From the IMG/VR virus record IMGVR_UViG_3300043449_002450, positions 32,001 through 96,000 of that record: a stretch of 64,000 bases of DNA. One strand, written 5' to 3'. The notes below the pieces were generated by a model. That model was not told where the DNA came from. It saw only the letters and a list, made by a program, of their open reading frames with translations, and did not search any database. The translations under genes and the position numbers were made by a program. Every line of letters starts with the position of its first letter. Position 1 is the stretch's first letter. Source of the DNA: a virus. Below are positions 38,774 to 46,724 of the stretch, piece after piece.

Positions 38774-41161
38774 ATGTCAATACTGCCGCTCAGCAATGAA
38801 AATGTTGAGCTGACGACGTTGCTATTGCAACCAAGTCAGTCATTTACGACGTCGTCTTTGGGTATGACAGGCAGCATTTTCTTAGTTGCTAAATCTTCTC
38901 CTGCTATTAAGACACTTGTTCGCCCGTACGACCAAGCACCTGTGTCATACACAGAGACGCTTGGTATATCAGATGATGATGATCTCATTTATAGCGCGAG
39001 CGCTGCAATAGCATCTGGCTCAACCAACGTAAAAAATTTAATTAGCGCTTACATGGACAAGGTGAAGGATCAGGACGGTGATCCTCGCGCCGGAATCGTT
39101 TTTAAGCCCGTGTCTTATTTCTCTAAGGGCACAACAGGCGTTCCAGGATACACAGATACAGCAGTCGTTGAGGTTGCTCGCGAAATTAATGCAGAAGACA
39201 CGTATCAATGGCAGAATTATCAACGTAAGGTCATAAGGAATTGTTTGGTTCCAGATGCTCTTGTAGAGAATCCTAGGTCTACTTTTGGTTACACAAACTA
39301 TCACTGTCTTAACATTATGTCAACGAGCTTTTCAAGCGTAGGACAAGCTCTAATATATCCAAACTATAAGACAGCGACAAGGCCCTACACGCCAAGCAGC
39401 GCTTTCACGATAAACTTCTTTGTCAAGCCAAAAAAAATGCTAGACACGCAGAAACCACACGTTGCTGGCACAGTCATGCATCTATCATCATCTTTTGCTG
39501 TGACGATAGTAAGCGGATCAAGAACAGCAGATGATGGCAAACCAGAGACATTTCGTGTCTTATTCCAGATTGGCAGCGGCAGCGCATATTCGCCCAAAGA
39601 TTTAAACCCACTAAGCTTCTTACCAGGTGTAACGCCGCCAAGTTATCCACAAAATTTAATATTTTCTACTGATGATGTCTTAAAGAGAGATGTTTGGCAT
39701 CAAGTTTCTATTAGATGGGACGCCAATAGAAGCTACGGAACAGGATCAATTATAGTTGATAACTCGTATAGAAGAACATTCACATTCCCATCAGGCACCG
39801 TTGACCCATATGGAAGTGCGTCCACGCCGGGCGGTCTTGTCATAGGAAATTTCTATGATAGCGGCGACAGCATATCAAAGTTTTTTAATAGCAACAACAA
39901 TAGCATCGATGGAACCGTTGTCGATCCAAACGCAAGTTCTACTGATCCCACAGGTTTTACTTTTGGCTGTCAACTAAATGCAGAGATCCACCAGCTTTCA
40001 ATTTTTAAGCGATACTTGAGCGATGAGGAAATTGGTGATCTAGCATCTGCTACAGCTATAACTTCATCTAGCGGGCCCGCTTTCTATCTACCTGTTCATT
40101 TTTCTGGGTCAACTTCGAAATACAAGACATATGGGTCACCTAAAGAGTTAAAAACTGTATCAACTGATAGTCCTTTTTCTTATGACATGGCTGCTGGTTA
40201 TAACGGCTACTATCTAAATTTGCAAAATTTCATTGCTGATGCTGTAACGGCGAATCTGCCTCGTGCTTACGGGTATCACAGTCCTGTGCAGTATGGACCC
40301 ACATATGATCTCAAAACACAAGATACAAATGATGTCCTTATGACGCTCAATAGCGTTAAAAGGAGAAATTTTCTTGTGGTTCCCTGTGACAATGGGACAT
40401 ACACACCGACATTTAATAGAATACAGAATGATAATTCTAGATTCACTAAAAATGATGCAGCTACCATATCAATGACACAACTTGTTCCGAATGACGTGTT
40501 GAAAATAACACCAACATTCGCAGACACTTCAATACCCTATGACGGTGTCTTCACGAGCACATTGCAAATCTTACCTGTTCTTCAAAATAGCAATGCAAAT
40601 TTTAGAAGCGGGTATGAGGATCTTAGCTCAAACTTAGTGACAGTGATCTCAATTCCCACACCTTATTACGGCAATAGAATTGTTCCAAATACAGTTGTTT
40701 TGACTGATTCTAGCGTATCGGGCTCAAGTGGGCAGAAGTTCACGCTTAGAGACGACGGAATAGGCAACTTGTACAGGCACGACACAGCTTCTGCCCCTGC
40801 AATGTGGAATAGAGTCGGATCTATATTCTACGATCACGGAATAGTGGCATTAATGAGCCCACACATTCCGTTTTTTGCTAAGGAAGGTTACACAATTAGC
40901 TTTAGGGGCGAGCACAGGAAGCATGTCATGAGCGTTGCAATTCCTGCAAAGCCTGATGCTTTGAACACATCAAGAAACACATCTTATAAACGATTCCCAC
41001 CATCTGATCTTTTGTCCGAGCAGGCAGAAGATTTTGTCTACATCACGGGAATTAACTTGCATGACCAGAATTTTAATGTTGTCATGCGCGCGAAACTGGC
41101 ACAAGCCGTGCACAAGCGTGAAAGTGATGAGATTGTGTTTAGGTTGAGGTATGACTTCTGA
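38774..41161 (+). CDS. LamG-domain putative tail/baseplate structural protein
   Basis: FTINFFVKP...WHQVSIRWD...LNAEIHQLSIFKRYLSDEEI (LamG-like) and C-terminal YITGINLHD..VVMRAKLAQAVHK..FRLRYDF. Confidence 0.7.
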   Translation: MSILPLSNENVELTTLLLQPSQSFTTSSLGMTGSIFLVAKSSPAIKTLVRPYDQAPVSYTETLGISDDDDLIYSASAAIASGSTNVKNLISAYMDKVKDQDGDPRAGIVFKPVSYFSKGTTGVPGYTDTAVVEVAREINAEDTYQWQNYQRKVIRNCLVPDALVENPRSTFGYTNYHCLNIMSTSFSSVGQALIYPNYKTATRPYTPSSAFTINFFVKPKKMLDTQKPHVAGTVMHLSSSFAVTIVSGSRTADDGKPETFRVLFQIGSGSAYSPKDLNPLSFLPGVTPPSYPQNLIFSTDDVLKRDVWHQVSIRWDANRSYGTGSIIVDNSYRRTFTFPSGTVDPYGSASTPGGLVIGNFYDSGDSISKFFNSNNNSIDGTVVDPNASSTDPTGFTFGCQLNAEIHQLSIFKRYLSDEEIGDLASATAITSSSGPAFYLPVHFSGSTSKYKTYGSPKELKTVSTDSPFSYDMAAGYNGYYLNLQNFIADAVTANLPRAYGYHSPVQYGPTYDLKTQDTNDVLMTLNSVKRRNFLVVPCDNGTYTPTFNRIQNDNSRFTKNDAATISMTQLVPNDVLKITPTFADTSIPYDGVFTSTLQILPVLQNSNANFRSGYEDLSSNLVTVISIPTPYYGNRIVPNTVVLTDSSVSGSSGQKFTLRDDGIGNLYRHDTASAPAMWNRVGSIFYDHGIVALMSPHIPFFAKEGYTISFRGEHRKHVMSVAIPAKPDALNTSRNTSYKRFPPSDLLSEQAEDFVYITGINLHDQNFNVVMRAKLAQAVHKRESDEIVFRLRYDF

Positions 41162-41684
41162 TCTGATTCTTGGTCTAGATATTTCTACGAGCTGCACGGG
41201 TGTCTGTGTCCTATCACCCACCGGCGATTTAATTGATATTACATTTGTTGATCTCGGTAAGAGCAAGACTTTTATTGACAAGTGCAATCTCATCACGAAG
41301 AGATTCAATGAGATCGCAAGAGATAGAAATATTGGCAAGATATACATTGAGCAGAACATGAGCGCGTTTAGGCCGGGAATGTCTTCAGCGCACACGATTA
41401 ATGCTTTGGCAAGATTCAACGGTGCTGTCAACCTAATTGCATATCAAGTTTTTGGTGCTGAACCTATTCTTCTCAATGTTATAAACGCGCGTAACCATAT
41501 TGGCCTTAAGATTAACCACAAGGACAAGACCACCACAACCAAGGAAAAGATATACTCCTGGGTTAACCAGATGATCTCTGTTGAATGGCCGCTTAAGAAA
41601 TCTGGTGCACCAAGGCCCGAGTGCTTCGACATGGCAGACGCTTACGTGGTAGCACGTGCAGGGTGGGCTGGTTGTAAAGAGTAG
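41151..41684 (+). CDS. RuvC-like Holliday junction resolvase
   Basis: ILGLDISTSCTG, IYIEQ and DMADA catalytic acidic motifs. Confidence 0.88.
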   Translation: MTSDLILGLDISTSCTGVCVLSPTGDLIDITFVDLGKSKTFIDKCNLITKRFNEIARDRNIGKIYIEQNMSAFRPGMSSAHTINALARFNGAVNLIAYQVFGAEPILLNVINARNHIGLKINHKDKTTTTKEKIYSWVNQMISVEWPLKKSGAPRPECFDMADAYVVARAGWAGCKE

Positions 41685-41701
41685 ACACGTGTCTGTTTAA
41701 T

Positions 41702-42673
41702 GTGATCGTGCAACCTACATTTACAGAGAAAGTCGTCTTCGTCGAGAAGTGGTTCGGAAAGGGCCAGATCTCTAGAACAGGCGCAGACATTGCCATCTGC
41801 TGCCCTTACTGTGGTGAGACAAAGAAGAAGAAGATGTCGATCTCACTTGTCAGCTGGCAGTTTCACTGTTGGGTGTGTGCTGCCAAGGGCAAGACGCTTA
41901 TTCCTGCGCTTAGGAAGTTCAAAAGTCGTGAAGCAGCACAGGAGTTTAGGCAGAGATTCTTGGGAGAAGTCCCAGAATTTGAGACAGCGCAACAGGCACA
42001 AGAGCTTAAATTTGAATACCCAGAAGGTTATGTCCCACTTGGCCTTCTGCTTGACACAAAGAATCCAAACACGCGTGCCTGCATCAGGTATCTCCAGAAG
42101 CGTGGCTGGACTGAGAATGACATTTTTAAGTTTAGAGCTGGTGTTACACCAGGCGGCAAGGATCCTAGGCGGATATATTTCATCTCTCTTGATGACGAAG
42201 GAGAAGAAAATTACTTCGTGTCAAGGACAATCGATGATTCATCAACATATCGATACATAAATTCTCAGCTTGATAAGACACAGATAATTTTTAACGAGTG
42301 TGATGTTGACTGGGACCTGCCTGTTTATCTAGTAGAGGGTGTATTTGACCTTGTAAGCTTGAAAAAGAACACCATCTGCATGCTTGGTTCGTCTTTGCCA
42401 GAGTCTAGCCTGCTGTTCAAAAAGCTGGTTGCAAATGAGTGTGACGTTGTTCTTGCACTGGACAGTGACGTGCAATCAAAGGCTGCAAGGATCGCCGATA
42501 AACTTGTTAGCTACGGCTGCTCTGTCAAGATGTTTCCTCTTTGTGGTGCTAAGGATGTTGGATCGATGACAAGAGAGCAGATCGATGAAGCTGATACTCG
42601 TCTAATTACGTGGAATTTAACAAATTCTCTAATCTCTAAGATTGGAAATATTAGAAGTGGCTCATTGTTCTGA
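41702..42673 (+). CDS. DNA primase (Zn finger plus TOPRIM)
   Basis: CPYC...FHCWVC zinc finger, LVEGVFD, LALDSD, KDVG. Confidence 0.9.
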   Translation: MIVQPTFTEKVVFVEKWFGKGQISRTGADIAICCPYCGETKKKKMSISLVSWQFHCWVCAAKGKTLIPALRKFKSREAAQEFRQRFLGEVPEFETAQQAQELKFEYPEGYVPLGLLLDTKNPNTRACIRYLQKRGWTENDIFKFRAGVTPGGKDPRRIYFISLDDEGEENYFVSRTIDDSSTYRYINSQLDKTQIIFNECDVDWDLPVYLVEGVFDLVSLKKNTICMLGSSLPESSLLFKKLVANECDVVLALDSDVQSKAARIADKLVSYGCSVKMFPLCGAKDVGSMTREQIDEADTRLITWNLTNSLISKIGNIRSGSLF

Positions 42674-42679
42674 TAATTA
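42673..42679 (+). promoter_or_regulatory. Putative late promoter motif ATAATTA
   Basis: Instance 8 nt before ATG 42688. Confidence 0.45.
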
Positions 42680-42687
42680 CTATTATC

Positions 42688-43020
42688 ATGAAACTCATCC
42701 GAGAGCTTATTAGGTCTATTCTTAGCGATGACGCGCTCTATCGCAGGCGAGATTTGCCGGGCGATCTAGGCGATCCGCCAGAAATTTATGACACACCCCA
42801 CGATGATGAAGACGAATCTGATTGTGGTTGTGGGTGTGGTAATTGCGATGACACGCACGACGACGAGGATGATTATGTCACCCCCAAGTATGCGCTTTAT
42901 TCGGCGATTGGAGATGCGATAAGCGTCTATGATGACATGGAAGATGAGTCGTTTGGTGATGATGAAGCTGACGCCGCCATTATGCGTGTCGCAGAAGAGA
43001 TTAAAAGAATAAAGCGCTAA
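42688..43020 (+). CDS. Small acidic hypothetical protein with CGCGCGNC cluster
   Basis: 110-aa ORF, Asp/Glu-rich, preceded by ATAATTA. Confidence 0.65.
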   Translation: MKLIRELIRSILSDDALYRRRDLPGDLGDPPEIYDTPHDDEDESDCGCGCGNCDDTHDDEDDYVTPKYALYSAIGDAISVYDDMEDESFGDDEADAAIMRVAEEIKRIKR

Positions 43021-43041
43021 TTGTCGCAGTAGTGTTTAACC

Positions 43042-46000
43042 ATGAAGATTGCGCATTTCGCTGACGTTCATTTTCGCGGTCTAGCACGCCATAACGAATA
43101 TAAAGAGGCATTCACAGACGCTTTTAAGACGCTACGACAGATCAAGCCCGATATCATCTACATCGGCGGCGACATTGTCCACTCTAAGACACAGGGGATC
43201 ACACCCGAGCTCATCGACATATTGACCTGGTGGTTCAACTCCATGACGGAGATTGCACCTGTCTATGTCCTGCTAGGCAATCACGACGGCTTAATTATGA
43301 ATAAGAGCCGGCAAGATGCGGTCACACCCATCATTGCCGCCATTGATAATCCACGCATCAAGCTGATGAAGACATCGGGCGTGTATGAGACAGAAGACGA
43401 TGACTTTGTTTTCTGCGCTTTCTCTCTATTTGATCGAGAAGGTTGGAAGAATGTGTCACCCCAGGATGGCAAGACCAACATAGCTCTGTTTCACGGCGCT
43501 GTCAAGGGAGCACTATCTGACACTGACTTTGAGCTTGAGGGCGAGATCAATCTCAACTTCTTTGAGAGGTATGACTACTCTCTTCTAGGTGACATTCACA
43601 AGCGACAGTTCCTCAACAATAAGAGAACCATTGCATATTGCGGATCCACCATCCAGCAGAATTACGCAGAAGAGCTTGTGAAGGGCTTCTTGCTCTGGGA
43701 CATTCGATCCCGTAATGATTTTGATGTCAAGTTCCACCAGGTCAAGAGCGTCAATCCATTCGTCACTGTAGAGTGGTCAGGCAGCAAGTCTGATCGGTCA
43801 CAGATCAAGAGACTCCAACAGGGCTCACGTGTTCGAATCGACGTTAAGTCAAGAGACACGACGGGCCTCAAGGATTTTTGCGAGCTGATCACAAAAGAAG
43901 TCTCACCATTTGAGATCACATACAAGACAAGCGTCAACGTAGAGACTGGCAGACAAGATGCCACTGTAAATGTTGCCGATACTATCGACGTCAAGCAGGC
44001 TCTTGTTGATTTCATCAGGCGCCGCGACCTGCCTGCAGACGTGTCAAAAGAGGCACTAGAACGTCTTGAATCTTACATGTCGCAACGTCAAGATGCAGAA
44101 GAAGCAATTAGGAATGTGAAGTGGGATCTTCGCCGGATCGAGTTTGATAACTTGTTCTCCTATGGTGAAGGCAATTACATCGATTTTGACACGATGCCCG
44201 GAATCACTGGTATTTTTGGTCGCAATAGGTCAGGAAAGTCATCCATCATCGGCGCGATCGTGTATGCGTTGTATAACACGACTGATCGCGGCAATATGAA
44301 GAATCTGCATGTCATCAATGCCAAGAAGAATGATTGTCGTGCGAAGGTGAGCCTGACAGTTTCATCTGATGACTATGAGATCTCTAGGGAGACCACGAAG
44401 AACTTTCCTAAAAAAGCCGAGGTGTGGGCATCCACCACCCTGTCTGTGACAAAGGTCTCTACGGGCGAGACAGTAGATCTTAATGATGAGCAGCGCAGAG
44501 AGACTGAGAAGGTCCTCCGTCGATTGATTGGGACATCTGACGATTTCTTCTACACCTGCCTTGCACCGCAAGGTAACATGAACTTGTTCATTAACGAGAA
44601 GTCGACCGCGCGCAAGCAGATGTTGACCCGTTTCCTTGACATCGATTACCTCGAGGATCTGCACAACCAGGTCAAGTCTGACATATCGCCCTACAAGACA
44701 AAGATCAAGATGATTGGGTCATCGTTAGACTGTAAGGCAAGAATTGATAGTTGCAATGCTGAGATCTTAAATCTTATCGATGATCGCGATGACAAGATCC
44801 ACAAGGCAGAGCTGGTTAGAGCAGAGCTTGCAGAGCTGAATAGCAATGTTCCCAAGGACCTTGTCAAGGATAAGCTCGAGATCGGTCGTCTTGAAAAGCT
44901 TGTTGACACAGCAAGAGCTGAGTCTGTAAAGCTGGAGAAAGAAATTAGCGAACTCAATACACATCTTACAGAGCTTAAGCTCAAGCTAGGCAAGGTCGAC
45001 AATGCACTTGATGGTATTGACTTCAATGAACTAGAAAAGTCTGCGCAAGATCAACGTGATATTGTTAGCCAGATTGATGCCGAAGAGCGCGACCTTAAGT
45101 CCAAGAGGCGAGAGAGAGACATCCTGCTTAAGTCTGTTGAACTTTTAAGTGAGGTGCCATGTATGGGGCAATTCCCGACATGTCAATTCATCTGCGATTC
45201 ACACAGTAACAAGGGCAAGCTTCCTGCTATAGAAAACCAGATTGGCCTCAAGGAGCGGACAATAGAGATCATGAGATCTCGCAGCGCCAGCCTTGAGAAA
45301 GAGAATCCAGCGTCTGCGCTAGGCAAGGCAAAGAAGATCAAGGAGCTACAGCGTGACCTGCAGGTCGATGTCAAGACCACAACAGCCAAGATCGATTTAG
45401 CAAGCGAGCGGCTAAGCACAAAGCTGAGTGAGATTAATGTCAACGGCGAACGCCTCGCGGATCTTCGAGAGACTGTTTCAGGTGTGGATCTACCTGATGG
45501 GCAGAAGATTGATAAGTTGACAACCCAGCTTAAGCAGATTGAGAAGAGCACTCTTGATATCGCAGCTCAGATAGGAACTCAAACAGAGAAGATTCGTCGG
45601 CTTAATGAGCAGGTTGATGAGATCGATTCAGCTCAGTCTACACTTCGCGTCCTTGAGACACTAGAGGCAGCTTTCTCTAAGAAGGGTGTCCCACAGGAGA
45701 TAATCTCTAGCGCCCTGCCTAGGATCAATGCTGAGATATCTAACATCCTGACGGGCATCGCAGGATTCACAGTCGAGATTGAGTGCGATGACTCAAATTC
45801 TGTCGAGATCTATCTCAACTACGGCGACAGCCGCCGCCTAATTGAGCTCGGTTCAGGTATGGAAAAGATGATCTCATCGATCGCAATTCGAGTCGCTCTC
45901 ACGAATATTTCATCACTTCCAAAGTCTACAATGCTCATTATTGATGAAGGATTTGGAGCGCTAGATGAAAGCAACCTTGAAGCATGCGCTCGCCTTCTAA

Positions 46001-46125
46001 CAAACCTAAAGAGCTATTTTAAGAATATCCTAATCATTTCTCACGTAGATGCTATAAAGGACATTGTCGATAATGTTATCGATATTAGCTGGGTTGATGG
46101 ATATGCCAGGGTGACATGTGATTAG
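43042..46125 (+). CDS. Fused Mre11/SbcD nuclease-Rad50/SbcC ATPase (gp47-gp46-like fusion)
   Basis: Phosphoesterase motifs ADVH, GGD, GNHD, FHG, GDIH; then Walker A GRNRSGKS, a long coiled coil, signature-like GSGMEK, Walker B IIDEGFGALD and IISH, all in one ORF. Confidence 0.93.
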   Translation: MKIAHFADVHFRGLARHNEYKEAFTDAFKTLRQIKPDIIYIGGDIVHSKTQGITPELIDILTWWFNSMTEIAPVYVLLGNHDGLIMNKSRQDAVTPIIAAIDNPRIKLMKTSGVYETEDDDFVFCAFSLFDREGWKNVSPQDGKTNIALFHGAVKGALSDTDFELEGEINLNFFERYDYSLLGDIHKRQFLNNKRTIAYCGSTIQQNYAEELVKGFLLWDIRSRNDFDVKFHQVKSVNPFVTVEWSGSKSDRSQIKRLQQGSRVRIDVKSRDTTGLKDFCELITKEVSPFEITYKTSVNVETGRQDATVNVADTIDVKQALVDFIRRRDLPADVSKEALERLESYMSQRQDAEEAIRNVKWDLRRIEFDNLFSYGEGNYIDFDTMPGITGIFGRNRSGKSSIIGAIVYALYNTTDRGNMKNLHVINAKKNDCRAKVSLTVSSDDYEISRETTKNFPKKAEVWASTTLSVTKVSTGETVDLNDEQRRETEKVLRRLIGTSDDFFYTCLAPQGNMNLFINEKSTARKQMLTRFLDIDYLEDLHNQVKSDISPYKTKIKMIGSSLDCKARIDSCNAEILNLIDDRDDKIHKAELVRAELAELNSNVPKDLVKDKLEIGRLEKLVDTARAESVKLEKEISELNTHLTELKLKLGKVDNALDGIDFNELEKSAQDQRDIVSQIDAEERDLKSKRRERDILLKSVELLSEVPCMGQFPTCQFICDSHSNKGKLPAIENQIGLKERTIEIMRSRSASLEKENPASALGKAKKIKELQRDLQVDVKTTTAKIDLASERLSTKLSEINVNGERLADLRETVSGVDLPDGQKIDKLTTQLKQIEKSTLDIAAQIGTQTEKIRRLNEQVDEIDSAQSTLRVLETLEAAFSKKGVPQEIISSALPRINAEISNILTGIAGFTVEIECDDSNSVEIYLNYGDSRRLIELGSGMEKMISSIAIRVALTNISSLPKSTMLIIDEGFGALDESNLEACARLLTNLKSYFKNILIISHVDAIKDIVDNVIDISWVDGYARVTCD

Positions 46126-46345
46126 CATGCCTTTCTTTTGTCAAGTTTGCGAATTTCCACACGATCTTCATCGTGACTGGCAATATTTTGAAAAATTTCA
46201 GATGTGCCAAGAGTGTGCAACATCTTTGGTAGAAGCTAGACAAGAAGAGTGGTCAAAGGGCTGGCGTCCAACAGACGAGCAGATACATATTTACATCAAC
46301 AGCCGTCTGGATCTAATGCGACGTGCGAGAGGGTTCAATGCTTAG
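46118..46345 (+). CDS. Small zinc-finger hypothetical protein
   Basis: CQVC...CQEC; an alternative ATG start lies at 46127. Confidence 0.6.
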   Translation: MISMPFFCQVCEFPHDLHRDWQYFEKFQMCQECATSLVEARQEEWSKGWRPTDEQIHIYINSRLDLMRRARGFNA

Positions 46346-46721
46346 CATGCAAGAAGTCAATATCATCGGTCAAATATTGAATGACACATATGGCGCAAGC
46401 TCGACCATAAAATCTCCTACTTTCTCCATCAAGACAACGATGCAAGGCAACATGATCGTGTTCAATTACACAACAGTGGCAAACCTTGTCATGGGGCTAG
46501 ACATCCGGTCGCAGCTTAGGGAGCAGGAGAGAGCTTCTGTAAAGCTCATTGATGAGAAGGTTAAAGACCTCAAGTCAGAGTTTAAGAAAGCTGCTGGTCG
46601 CGCGCTTAAGATCAAGGAAGAGTCAACAAACGACTCTGTGGAGTTCATCTCCATGTCACCTCACAATCCCAAGAGGACTGTCTACTACAAGAGAAAGACA
46701 ATCTTTGTCTTGGGGGACTAG
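46338..46721 (+). CDS. Hypothetical protein preceding the terminase
   Basis: ATG 46338 behind GAGGG and overlapping the previous stop; 127 aa. Confidence 0.6.
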   Translation: MLSMQEVNIIGQILNDTYGASSTIKSPTFSIKTTMQGNMIVFNYTTVANLVMGLDIRSQLREQERASVKLIDEKVKDLKSEFKKAAGRALKIKEESTNDSVEFISMSPHNPKRTVYYKRKTIFVLGD

Positions 46722-46724
46722 TAG

